A DNA stretch of 42,101 nt from an uncultured Pelagibacteraceae bacterium (GCA_902531025.1 CACACV010000001.1:1-42101), one strand, 5' to 3'. Positions 9,717-19,353 are shown, counted from the first letter of the stretch. A program made the numbers and translations. Notes: generated by a model from the sequence alone, not told the origin.

Positions 9717-9793
9717 TGGTAGCGGGAAGTGGGATCGAACCACTGACCTCGGGCTTATGAGTCCCGCGCTCTAACCAACTGAGCTACCCCGCC
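9717..9793 (-). tRNA. tRNA-Met (CAT), elongator type, CCA encoded
   Basis: GGCGGGGTAGCTCAGTTGGTTAGAGCGCGGGACTCATAAGCCCGAGGTCAGTGGTTCGATCCCACTTCCCGCTACCA; cloverleaf, anticodon CAT, G2:C71/C3:G70, A73; A31-G39 mismatch in the anticodon stem. Confidence 0.93.
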
Positions 9794-9946
9794 ATTAATT
9801 TTGTATTGATATATACTACTTATTTTTTTTGTTGCAAACAAGATTTGTCTAACTTCTTTTCTAAGTTTGCCTATAGTGTGCAACTTTTAAAAGATGAATT
9901 ATGTATTGTATCCCATGCCTTGTAAACTTAATCTATCAACTATTGT

Positions 9947-10441
9947 TTAACACCAGCTTGGCATTTCAAAAAGCGTACCTCCATACTCCCATGGTGAATC
10001 ATTTAAATTTTTATCTACAAATGTTCTTATATAAATTGCACATGATTTTAGACCTGTATTAATATCAACAGTAATTGTCTCCTCAAGATATCCTCCTGTT
10101 AACTCCATGCATCCTCTATTTGACCTATAAATATTTTTACAAATGTGATTATTCACATGAGTTTTTATTTTATTACTAAAATCAGTTTTATCCTTTGAAC
10201 TACAGCTGTAATTTATATCTTTGCCTGATGCATCTTTAAAAGTTATATTCTGATTACCGAGTTCACATTCCATTGCTTTGGCTTCTAAAAACTTCATCAC
10301 TATATCGTGATTTTTTTTAATTACTGTATCCTTTGTTTTAGCTACATAACCATTATAAGTAATTACTCCTACTGCAGCTAAAATACCGATTATTGCTACT
10401 ACGACTAGTAGTTCTATAAGAGTGAAACCTTTTTGTTTCAT
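9947..10441 (-). CDS. Type IV pilin-like protein (prepilin N-terminal cleavage/methylation domain)
   Basis: MKQKG|FTLIELLVVVAIIGILAAV; six Cys in the variable domain; ATG at 10441 overlaps the upstream TGA (TGATG). Confidence 0.9.
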   Translation of the reverse strand: MKQKGFTLIELLVVVAIIGILAAVGVITYNGYVAKTKDTVIKKNHDIVMKFLEAKAMECELGNQNITFKDASGKDINYSCSSKDKTDFSNKIKTHVNNHICKNIYRSNRGCMELTGGYLEETITVDINTGLKSCAIYIRTFVDKNLNDSPWEYGGTLFEMPSWC

Positions 10442-11367
10442 CACACAGTTAAATATTTTATTGCAAAAAATATAGTGCCAATTGATGCAAATGTAGAGAT
10501 AAAAATTGCTTTTATTATATTTTGAGGATTTACATTATAAGCTGAACACAACACTATAGAAGTAACACCGCATGGCGCAACACTTACAAAAAAAGCACCT
10601 GGAATTTCTTTAGGATAACCAACATCAAAAATTATATATCCTATAAGTAGTAATATTACTGGAGAAATTATTAGTTTTAAGATTGAAATAGATGCAGTTA
10701 ATTTGTTGATAACATTATCAGTATGAAAAGATAGTATTATACCTATTGCAAAAAGTCCTACAGGAGATACGCACAAAGCCAAAGTAGATAGAGTATATTC
10801 AACAGAGGTATCATCAATTTTAAAATTAAATAAAAATAAAAAAACACCAATTAGAATTGATAATATCATTGGATTAAGAATTATATTTTTTATAAATATT
10901 ACGAGTTGAACATTTCTTTTTGTTGCAAGTTCCAAAAAAAAAGCAATTAAAGATAGCAAAATTACTCCATCCATTAATATTATACTTGCAACTTGAGTAA
11001 CTACATCCTCACCAAAATAAATCTGAGTTATAGGTAAAAGTAACGTTACATGATTTGATAGAGCTACAGTTAGAGCCCATATAATCGATTCTGGAATAGG
11101 TCTTTTAAAATATTTAGATACAAGTAAAAAAGTAAAAATTCCACATATTGATTGCATTAGAAAGTAAGAAATGATTTGTTTTAAATCAACTTGACCAATT
11201 TCACTTTGTACAACAAATTTAATAATTAGAGCTGGAACAGCCACGTAATATAAGAATAAATTTAAAATTTTAGCATGGCTTAAATCAAATATTTTAAATC
11301 TGCCAAATAAAAAACCAATTAAAGTTATGAAAATAAAAGGAGTTAATCCTAAAAAGATTGTAAACAT
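10441..11367 (-). CDS. AEC (auxin efflux carrier)/malonate-permease family transporter
   Basis: ~10 TM; LYYVAVPALI, LSN..LLLPI..YFG, ILNPMI, LFAIG, KLIISP, APCG. Confidence 0.85.
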   Translation of the reverse strand: MFTIFLGLTPFIFITLIGFLFGRFKIFDLSHAKILNLFLYYVAVPALIIKFVVQSEIGQVDLKQIISYFLMQSICGIFTFLLVSKYFKRPIPESIIWALTVALSNHVTLLLPITQIYFGEDVVTQVASIILMDGVILLSLIAFFLELATKRNVQLVIFIKNIILNPMILSILIGVFLFLFNFKIDDTSVEYTLSTLALCVSPVGLFAIGIILSFHTDNVINKLTASISILKLIISPVILLLIGYIIFDVGYPKEIPGAFFVSVAPCGVTSIVLCSAYNVNPQNIIKAIFISTFASIGTIFFAIKYLTV

Positions 11368-11370
11368 AAG

Positions 11371-12162
11371 TTATTGAATTGTAATTCTATGCATTATTCT
11401 ATTTCCTTTAAATGGGGTAGCTTGATGCAGCATAGATCTATTGTCCCAAATGGCCAATTGACTCATTTCCCAATCTAAAGAAAATTGAAATTTCTTTTTA
11501 ATTTGATGATTAAATAAGTATTTTTCTAACTTACTTTCTCTCTTAAGTTTGGAATTAAAGCCAACAAAATGACCAGGGCTACAATAAATTGTATATTTAT
11601 TATTAATTTTTCTAATAATATTATGTCTAGACTTTAATTCTTTATTAATTTTACCTTTTTCCTTAAATCTTTCTTGAGTAGTGATGGATATAGGGCCTTC
11701 TGACGAATAATTACCTTTGTATTTTTTTAATTTCTTTTTAATTTTGTTTGGTAAATCATTATAAGCCAAATACTGAGAACAAAATTCAGTATTAGCTTTT
11801 CCTTTTTTTGGCACTAATTTAGATAACAACATTGTAAATCTTGGAGGTTTTTTTGTGTAAATAGAGTCTGTATGAAATTGTTCTCCAAAACTTGGTCCTT
11901 TATCAGAAGCTTTTCTTTGAACAACTGTAATTTTTGGATATTTTTTATTTAGACCTTTTAATCTTGGATATTCAGCAAGTTTTCCAAATTTTTTTGCAAA
12001 TTTAATATAATTTTTTGAGCTTAAGTTTTGTTTTCTAAAATATAACATTCCATATTTTAGAAGAGCTAAATTAATTTTTTTAATATTTCCTTTGTTAATT
12101 TTTTTTAGATCGCAGATAATTTCTGCGCCAATATCTTTTTTACCAGAAATAATTTTAAACAT
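11371..12162 (-). CDS. TauD/TfdA family Fe(II)/2OG dioxygenase
   Basis: IGAEI, LLKYGMLYFRKQ, FHTD (HxD), WDNRSMLHQA, RIMHRITI. Confidence 0.9.
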   Translation of the reverse strand: MFKIISGKKDIGAEIICDLKKINKGNIKKINLALLKYGMLYFRKQNLSSKNYIKFAKKFGKLAEYPRLKGLNKKYPKITVVQRKASDKGPSFGEQFHTDSIYTKKPPRFTMLLSKLVPKKGKANTEFCSQYLAYNDLPNKIKKKLKKYKGNYSSEGPISITTQERFKEKGKINKELKSRHNIIRKINNKYTIYCSPGHFVGFNSKLKRESKLEKYLFNHQIKKKFQFSLDWEMSQLAIWDNRSMLHQATPFKGNRIMHRITIQ

Positions 12163-13030
12163 ATTTACTAAAGAAGTTTTTTAAATGTTTAATTGTTTCT
12201 TTTGGATTTTGTTCTGGGATAAAATGTCCTGACTTAATTCCAGAACCATATACTTTATTTTTTGTATATTTTCTCCATATTTTTAATGGATTAAACTGTT
12301 TACCCACGACACCCTCTATTCCCCACAAAACTTGAATGGGTATACTTAATCTTTTTTTTCTATCTTGTTTATCATGCTCTAAATCAATAGTTGCTGAAGC
12401 TCTATAATCTTCACAAGTAGCATGTATTCTTTTCTTTTGTTTAAAAGCTTGAAAATAAATTTCTTCTGCCTTACCAAATTTGCTATTTCCAGACCATTTA
12501 TCTAAACAATTCTTCATCCATTTTCTTGGATCGCTCTCAATCATTCTTTCGGGAAGCCACTTGGGTTGTATTAAAAAAAACCAGTGAAAATATGCTTTAG
12601 CAAAATTCTTTTCAGTCAGTTCATACATGTCTAGGGTAGGACAAATATCTAGAACGCTCATTGCAATAACTTTTTTTCTATAATCTCTAGCCAACCTATG
12701 TGCTACTCTTGCACCTCTATCGTGACCTGCTATACAAAATTTTTTAAATCCAAGCTTATCCATTAACTGAACCATATCTTTTGCCATCTCTCTTTTTGAG
12801 TAGTTAATGTGTTTCTTGTCGCTTTTTAAAATGAAGCTTGATCCATAACCTCTAAGATCGGCAACTATTAATGTAAATGATTTTGAAAGTTCATTAGCAG
12901 TTTTATGCCACATAATATGAGTTTGAGGATAGCCGTGTAATAATAATAAAGGTGGACCATTGCCTCCCACTCTACAAAATATTTTTCCTCTATTTACTTT
13001 GACAAATTTTTTTTTAAATCCTTTAAACAT
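12155..13030 (-). CDS. Alpha/beta hydrolase, fluoroacetate/haloacetate dehalogenase (DehH1-like)
   Basis: HGYPQT, DLRGYG, YSKREMA, GHDRGARV (Asp nucleophile plus two Arg), LDICPT, YFHWFF, CEDYRA, GHFIPE. Confidence 0.85.
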   Translation of the reverse strand: MFKGFKKKFVKVNRGKIFCRVGGNGPPLLLLHGYPQTHIMWHKTANELSKSFTLIVADLRGYGSSFILKSDKKHINYSKREMAKDMVQLMDKLGFKKFCIAGHDRGARVAHRLARDYRKKVIAMSVLDICPTLDMYELTEKNFAKAYFHWFFLIQPKWLPERMIESDPRKWMKNCLDKWSGNSKFGKAEEIYFQAFKQKKRIHATCEDYRASATIDLEHDKQDRKKRLSIPIQVLWGIEGVVGKQFNPLKIWRKYTKNKVYGSGIKSGHFIPEQNPKETIKHLKNFFSKYV

Positions 13031-13131
13031 TTTTATCAGTATATTATGAGTTGAAAAAATTGCATTATATCAGTGTATATCATAAAAATTTAATTTGAAT
13101 TTCTTAAGATGCTCTGTATAAGTTCGGATTT

Positions 13132-14166
13132 GTGAGAATTGAAGAAGACCTAAAACTGGATTACTCCGATGTGCTTTTTAGACCAAAAAGAAGTACTCTT
13201 TCTAGCCGTAAAGATGTAGATCTAAAAAGAACCTATAAATTTAAATACAGTAATAATGAGTGGTCAGGAATTCCAATTATGGCTGCTAATATGGATGGTG
13301 TTGGTGAATTAGGTATTGCTGAAAAATTATCTAGTTATGGAATGATTACATGCTTAACTAAACAGCATGATGTTAAGAAGATAAAACAATTTAAAAAAAT
13401 TAAATCAATATATCCAAATATTGCATTGAGCATTGGTATAAAAAAAGAAGATTTTCAAAACTTAGATAAAGTTTTAAAAGAATATAGCTTTATTAAATTT
13501 ATTTGTATCGATGTTGCAAATGGTTATTCAGAACGCTTTAGTGCTTTTTTAAAATCAGTAAGAGATAAATATCCAACTAAAACAATAATTGCTGGAAATG
13601 TTGTTACAGCAGATATGACACAAGAATTAATTTTAAGTGGAGCTGATATTGTAAAAGTAGGAATAGGCCCAGGCAGTGTTTGTACTACTAGAATTCAAAC
13701 AGGAGTAGGTTACCCTCAACTAAGTGCGGTTATAGAGTGTGCTGATGCAGCTCATGGATTGGGTGCGCATATGATTGCAGATGGAGGATGTACATGCCCA
13801 GGAGATGTAGCTAAAGGTTTTGGTGGTGGAGCAGATTTTGTTATGCTTGGTGGTATGTTCGCTGGTCATGATGAAGGTAAAGGTAAAATTGTAAAATCAA
13901 ATGGTTCTAAATATATAGAATTTTATGGTTCAAGTTCAGATACTGCAAATAATAAACATTACGGTGGATTATCTTCTTACAGAAGCAGTGAAGGCAGAAC
14001 AGTAAGAGTAAAGTATAGAGGAAGAATCGAAAATACAATCCAGAATATACTTGGCGGAATAAGAAGTAGTTGCACTTATGTGGGCGCCCCTTCTCTAAAA
14101 CAACTCAGTAAATGCACAACATTTGTAAGAGTAGCAAAACAATTTAACGATACTTTTGTTAAATAA
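13132..14166 (+). CDS. guaC: GMP reductase
   Basis: KLDYSDVLFRPKRSTL, ANMD, DVANGYS, GIGPGSVCTTR, YRSSEG; GTG start. Confidence 0.96.
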   Translation: MRIEEDLKLDYSDVLFRPKRSTLSSRKDVDLKRTYKFKYSNNEWSGIPIMAANMDGVGELGIAEKLSSYGMITCLTKQHDVKKIKQFKKIKSIYPNIALSIGIKKEDFQNLDKVLKEYSFIKFICIDVANGYSERFSAFLKSVRDKYPTKTIIAGNVVTADMTQELILSGADIVKVGIGPGSVCTTRIQTGVGYPQLSAVIECADAAHGLGAHMIADGGCTCPGDVAKGFGGGADFVMLGGMFAGHDEGKGKIVKSNGSKYIEFYGSSSDTANNKHYGGLSSYRSSEGRTVRVKYRGRIENTIQNILGGIRSSCTYVGAPSLKQLSKCTTFVRVAKQFNDTFVK

Positions 14167-14207
14167 TAAAAAAGGAATTAATAATAACTTTTTCATGTAT
14201 TGTTTTT

Positions 14208-16649
14208 TTACTCCTTATAATTCTTGTTATTTAAAGGTTTTTCTAAAACCTCGACTGGATACTTTTGCTTTTCAACTTCAATAAAAATATTTTTATTTTT
14301 AAGAGTTTCATAAGTATTTCCTGAATTAACATATCCAAATGATAGATTTTTTTCAAAACAAAAAGAATAATTACCTGAAGTAGTTCGTCCAATTATTTTA
14401 TCATCTAAATAAATAGGTTCATCATGAAGAAGCAATGGTTCTCCGGGTTTGCTATCTTTTAAGGTAAACATCATTAATCTTTTATCTAATTTCTCATCTT
14501 TAATTTTCAAAAGAGATTCTTTTCCTATAAAATCTACATTTTTCTTTAAGCTTATCGCGAATTTTAAACCCGCTTGATATTGATTTTCTTCAGGAGAAAT
14601 ATCATGTCCCCAGTGGATAAACCCACTTTCCATTCTCATAATATCCATGGCATGCATACCACAATGACTTAGTTGATATTTTTTTCCTTTTTCTATAATT
14701 AATTTATAAATTTCTTTTGCTTTATTAGTTTCAATGTAAAGTTCAAAACCAAATTCACCAACATAAGATAATCTTTGCGCCCATACTTTATTTTGATTAA
14801 TTGTGACGTATTTGGCAGTTCCAAATTTGAAATTTTCACTTGAATAATCATCATTACTTAAATCTTTCATTAGATCTATACTTTTTGGACCAAATATACC
14901 AAGTACACAATAATCATCTGTAACATCTTTTAAACTAACATTTTCTGATAAATATTTTTCTATGTGAAATTTATCATGCTCTTTGTTGGCTGCTGCAGTT
15001 ATAATTCTAAAAGCATTTTCTCCAATATTAACAACTGTTAAATCTGTTTCTATACCGCCATCTTTATTTAACATTTGAGTATAAGTGCATTTTCCGAATT
15101 CATTTTTAATATTTGCAGTACATATTTTTTGTAGTTCGTCATGAACTGTTTCACCATACAGTTCATATTTAGAAAAAGGTGTTAGTTCAAACAATCCTAC
15201 ATTTTTCCTTGCATTTTTTGTCTCAAATTCTGCTGAAGGATACCAATTTTGATAATTATATGAATATTCATACTCAGCTTTTTTTCCATTTCTTGAAAAC
15301 CACATTGGTCTTTCATAACCACTAGAAACACCAAAACATGCTCCCGCTTGTTTTAACTCTTCATGATAAGGAATTAATTTTTGATTTCTAGAAGTTTTAT
15401 GCTGTTTAAATGGCCAATGCATTCCGTAAAGATCTCCTAATGTTTCAGTAATTCTCTCTTTTAGAAAATTGGTATCTGAATGAAAATTTTGAAATCTTTT
15501 AATATCATAAATAAATAAATCTTCATTAATATGTCCATTCATTAACCATTCAGCTGTAACTTTTCCAATTCCTCCTCCGCTTCCAATTCCAATGCTATTT
15601 AAACCACAGCTAGCAAATAAGTTTTTAATACCTGGTACTTCTCCTAGAAGAGTATTTGTATCTGGCGTAAATGACTCTGGTCCTACAAAAAATTTTCTAA
15701 TTCCAGCTTTTTCTAAAATTGGAACTCTTTTTAATGCTGCTTCTAAATATGGTTCAAAATGTTCAAAATTTTCAGGAAATTCTCCATATGAAAAATCTTC
15801 TGGAACTCTATTAGTTTTATTAAAAGCTGGAATTGATTTTCTTTCAAAAATGCCTATTAGCATTTTTCCTGCATCTTCTTTTAAATACAAACAGTCATCA
15901 AAATCTCTTAAAACAGGTATATTTTTTGGTAAATCACTAATGCCTTCTGTAATCACATAAAAATGCTCTGCAGGATATAATGGGATACTAAAGCCAGCTT
16001 CTTCGCCTATTTGTCTAGACCACATTCCTGTGGCTAAAACAATATATTCACATTCAATAGTTTGGCCATTAACAATTACTCCAGAAACTCTTCCATTTTT
16101 TTTTATAATTTTTTCAACTGGTGATTTTTCAAATATCTTAGCACCTTCTTTTCTAGCTGCTTTTGCTAGTAAATTTGTTACACCAATTGGATCCGCTTGT
16201 CCGTCGCCAGGCATAAAAATTCCACCTAGAATATCTTTATCGCTAATAATTGGATATATTTTTTTAATCTCATCAATATTTAATACTTCAACATTTACAT
16301 CATACAATTGAGCTGTAGTTGCTTGCCTTTTAAGTTCTTGCCATCTTCCTTTTGTAGTTGCAATTGAAAGTGCTCCGTTTAATTTTAATCCACTTGAAAA
16401 ATCTACTTCTTTTTCTAATTTTTTATAAAGTTCTAAAGAATACTTTCTTATTTTTGTTATCCCTGCTGATGGCCCTAGTTGACTAACAAGGCCAGCAGCA
16501 TGCCAAGTAGTACCAGATGTAAGCTGATCTCTTTCAAGTAATATTACATCTTTCCAACCAAATTTTGCAATATGGTATGCACAAGAAGTTCCTATAACTC
16601 CCCCTCCAATTACAACAACTTTCGTACTTTTTGGTAATTCTTTGATCAT
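14208..16649 (-). CDS. GcvT-family FAD-dependent oxidoreductase (sarcosine/dimethylglycine dehydrogenase-like), paralog 1
   Basis: GGGVIG, LTSGTTWHAAG (covalent-FAD His), GPESFTPD, GYERP, C-terminal folate-binding GcvT domain (SYVGEFGFE, MRMESG). Confidence 0.9.
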   Translation of the reverse strand: MIKELPKSTKVVVIGGGVIGTSCAYHIAKFGWKDVILLERDQLTSGTTWHAAGLVSQLGPSAGITKIRKYSLELYKKLEKEVDFSSGLKLNGALSIATTKGRWQELKRQATTAQLYDVNVEVLNIDEIKKIYPIISDKDILGGIFMPGDGQADPIGVTNLLAKAARKEGAKIFEKSPVEKIIKKNGRVSGVIVNGQTIECEYIVLATGMWSRQIGEEAGFSIPLYPAEHFYVITEGISDLPKNIPVLRDFDDCLYLKEDAGKMLIGIFERKSIPAFNKTNRVPEDFSYGEFPENFEHFEPYLEAALKRVPILEKAGIRKFFVGPESFTPDTNTLLGEVPGIKNLFASCGLNSIGIGSGGGIGKVTAEWLMNGHINEDLFIYDIKRFQNFHSDTNFLKERITETLGDLYGMHWPFKQHKTSRNQKLIPYHEELKQAGACFGVSSGYERPMWFSRNGKKAEYEYSYNYQNWYPSAEFETKNARKNVGLFELTPFSKYELYGETVHDELQKICTANIKNEFGKCTYTQMLNKDGGIETDLTVVNIGENAFRIITAAANKEHDKFHIEKYLSENVSLKDVTDDYCVLGIFGPKSIDLMKDLSNDDYSSENFKFGTAKYVTINQNKVWAQRLSYVGEFGFELYIETNKAKEIYKLIIEKGKKYQLSHCGMHAMDIMRMESGFIHWGHDISPEENQYQAGLKFAISLKKNVDFIGKESLLKIKDEKLDKRLMMFTLKDSKPGEPLLLHDEPIYLDDKIIGRTTSGNYSFCFEKNLSFGYVNSGNTYETLKNKNIFIEVEKQKYPVEVLEKPLNNKNYKE

Positions 16650-16673
16650 AATATTAATTAATTGCTATTATGA

Positions 16674-17735
16674 TTAAAAACAAACAATATGTTCAATGTA
16701 AATAGGTCTTTTTATGCCAAATTTTTCATTTACTTCATGTTGCTCCCAATGGTGAGTATGAACTGCAACTGGAATTAATTGATTACTGGGAGTTTTTAAA
16801 GTGTAAATAAAATTTGTTCCTCTAAATTTCCTATCAACAACTTCTAACTTTAGATTGCTATCATCATCATGTTCTAAATCTTCTGGCTGGAGCAATAATT
16901 TTACATTAGAACCTGATGGGTAATGCTTAATAAATTTACCTTTAATTATTCCTAAATCATCATTCTCAAGTGAGTCTCCCCCTGTAACTTTCGCTGGTAT
17001 TAAAATTCCTCTATTGAGAAAATTTACTACCTCTACAGAGTTTGGAAAATGATAAACATTATATGGATCATCAAATTGTTTAAGCTGCTTATTCAAGATA
17101 ATTCCACATTTATTTCCTAAATAAAAAGCTTCATATGAATCATGAGTTACGATTATTGTTGTAATTTTTAAATCTTTTAAAAGTTTTTTTAGTTGAACTT
17201 GTATTTCTTCTTTAAAGCTTTGATCAACATTAGATAAAGGCTCATCTAAAAGTAAAAGATCTGGTTGAGAAATTAAAGATCTTGCTAGGGATGCTCTTTG
17301 TGCTTCACCTGCGCTAATTTGATGGGGATAATGATTTAATATTTTATTTATATTAAGTAATTTAATAATTTTATTTATGTTTAATTTCTTTTTTTTACCT
17401 GAATTTTTTCTTTCTTTTCCAAGTAAAATATTTTTTTCAACTGTATAATGTGGAAATAAAGAGTTTTCTTGAAAAGATAGTGAAATACTTCGATCTTCAG
17501 GTTCTACATTTATTTTATTTGATGAAAGAATTTTTCCATTAAGCATTATTGAACCAGAATCGATTTTTTCTAATCCAGCAATAGATCTTAAAATAGTAGT
17601 TTTTCCAATACCTGAGGGTCCTAAAAGACATATAATATCTCCCTCTTTTTCTATTGAAAAAGATACGTTGTTCACTTTATTTATGCCACCGACTTTAAAT
17701 GTAGCATTTTTAATTTCAAAAAAATTTTTACTCAT
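16674..17735 (-). CDS. Fe3+ ABC transporter ATP-binding subunit (FbpC-like)
   Basis: GPSGIGKT Walker A, LLLLDEP Walker B, VTHD, C-terminal TOBE-like region; operonic with the permease and binding protein. Confidence 0.9.
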   Translation of the reverse strand: MSKNFFEIKNATFKVGGINKVNNVSFSIEKEGDIICLLGPSGIGKTTILRSIAGLEKIDSGSIMLNGKILSSNKINVEPEDRSISLSFQENSLFPHYTVEKNILLGKERKNSGKKKKLNINKIIKLLNINKILNHYPHQISAGEAQRASLARSLISQPDLLLLDEPLSNVDQSFKEEIQVQLKKLLKDLKITTIIVTHDSYEAFYLGNKCGIILNKQLKQFDDPYNVYHFPNSVEVVNFLNRGILIPAKVTGGDSLENDDLGIIKGKFIKHYPSGSNVKLLLQPEDLEHDDDSNLKLEVVDRKFRGTNFIYTLKTPSNQLIPVAVHTHHWEQHEVNEKFGIKRPIYIEHIVCF

Positions 17736-19353
17736 TTGTATCTTTTAAAATATATTTAGATGTAAATAAAATAAAGAAACTTGCAATAATTATCAAACAT
17801 AAAGATGGAACAGCTGCAGCTTCCAACAAGTCTTCTGAAGCAGAAATATAAGCAGTAGTTGCAAAAGTCTCAAAATTAAATGGTCTCAAAATTAACGTAA
17901 TTGGCAATTCCCTTATTATTTCTAATGAAATTAATATAATAACAAATAAAAGTGAATTTCTTAAATAAGGAATATGAATATTTAAAAAAGTTTTACTCTT
18001 TGAATATCCAAGAAGATAGGCGCTTTCATCTACAGCAATATTCATTTTTTCATATCCTGATTTTATTCCATTAAAAGCCAAAGAATAAAATCTTATAAAA
18101 TAAACTAATACTAAACCTAAAACTGAGCCAATAAAGATTTTTTTAATTGATAAAAATCCTAATGCCTTAATTACACTTTCATCAAACCATGAGACAAAAG
18201 TTATAAAGGCTATAGCAAGAATTACTCCTGGTATCGCGTATCCAGAAATAGACAAAAAGGATAAAATATTTAAAAATTTTTTATTTGAAATTCTATTTCC
18301 ATAATTGGATATTAAAGAAAAAATTAATAAAACTAAACTTGATAAAGAAACTAGATATAAAGTATTTAACAAGAGATCTATTATCTGTAGACCATTTAAA
18401 TTTTCTGGAAATTTAATTGTCCAGTATAACATTTGACTTAATGGAAATAAAAAACTAAAAAAAAATAGAGTAAAACAAAAAATAAATGCTAAAAAAGATT
18501 TGCTGCCAGTTAGTTTAATCTTTTCTTTTTTTTTAAAACCACCTTTAGTTTCAGCATGAAACTTTGCTTTTTTTCTAGAGAAATTTTCAGTTAAAAATAA
18601 TATAAAAATAAATAACAAAAGAAAAAAAGATATTCTATTTGCAAATGCCAAATCATCAAAGGTTATCCAAGCATTATAAATTCCAGTTGTTAATGTATTT
18701 ACAGAAAAAAAATCTACTGCTCCAAATTCAGCTAATGTTTCCATTGCTACTAATGACAAACCTGCAACAATGGCAGGTCTAGCGGCAGGTAATATTATTG
18801 AATAAAAGGATTTAAACTTTGAAAAACCAAGATTTTTTCCTAATTCTATTAAATTTTGTGATTGATATAAAAAAGAAGATCTAGTTAATATATAAACATA
18901 GGCAAAAAGAGAGAAAGAAATAGATAATATTAGCCCAAACATACCACTGAATTTTGGAATATGCTTATTATATTCTCCATCTCCAAATAAATATTTTAAA
19001 ATAGTAAAGGCAGTACCGTAATTTTCAAAAAAAGCGAATAAAGAATAAGCATAAATATAAGGTGGCACTGCGAAAGACAGTATTAGAGCCCATTTAAAAA
19101 AATTCGCTCCAGGAAATTGATAAAAAGAAACAATATATGCTGAGCCAACTCCTAATATAAATGTTAAAAATAAAACTCCAATCAATAGAATTACTGAATT
19201 AACTATGTATTCGATAAAAAAAGTATTTTTAAGTAATTCATAATACTGAGAAGTATCTTCAAAAAAGCTTGAGAAAACTGTTATTATTGGAATTATTACA
19301 ATAATAGAAATTGCAAACGAACTAAAATACCAAATATTAAATCTCTTTAGCAT
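17728..19353 (-). CDS. Fe3+ ABC transporter permease (FbpB-like)
   Basis: Two fused BPD_transp domains; LPAARPAI, METLAEFGAV, GYAIPG, ELPITLILRPFNFETFAT. Confidence 0.92.
   Translation of the reverse strand: MLKRFNIWYFSSFAISIIVIIPIITVFSSFFEDTSQYYELLKNTFFIEYIVNSVILLIGVLFLTFILGVGSAYIVSFYQFPGANFFKWALILSFAVPPYIYAYSLFAFFENYGTAFTILKYLFGDGEYNKHIPKFSGMFGLILSISFSLFAYVYILTRSSFLYQSQNLIELGKNLGFSKFKSFYSIILPAARPAIVAGLSLVAMETLAEFGAVDFFSVNTLTTGIYNAWITFDDLAFANRISFFLLLFIFILFLTENFSRKKAKFHAETKGGFKKKEKIKLTGSKSFLAFIFCFTLFFFSFLFPLSQMLYWTIKFPENLNGLQIIDLLLNTLYLVSLSSLVLLIFSLISNYGNRISNKKFLNILSFLSISGYAIPGVILAIAFITFVSWFDESVIKALGFLSIKKIFIGSVLGLVLVYFIRFYSLAFNGIKSGYEKMNIAVDESAYLLGYSKSKTFLNIHIPYLRNSLLFVIILISLEIIRELPITLILRPFNFETFATTAYISASEDLLEAAAVPSLCLIIIASFFILFTSKYILKDTNE

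Noticed and set aside
9711-9743. N-terminal extension MVRSHFPLPKT of the PRTase ORF
   Set aside because: It is the translated tRNA T-arm and acceptor stem; the real start is ATG 9710
9717-9793. tRNA as initiator fMet, as Ile2(CAT), or as a prophage/island attachment site
   Set aside because: No C1-A72 mismatch or G29-G30-G31 run (not initiator); G4:C69/G5:C68 rather than the TilS determinants; no integrase or duplicated tRNA 3' end seen
9899-9946. Short in-frame stretch after the pilin stop (TIVDRLSLQGMGYNT*) as a gene remnant
   Set aside because: Too short to distinguish from chance without a search
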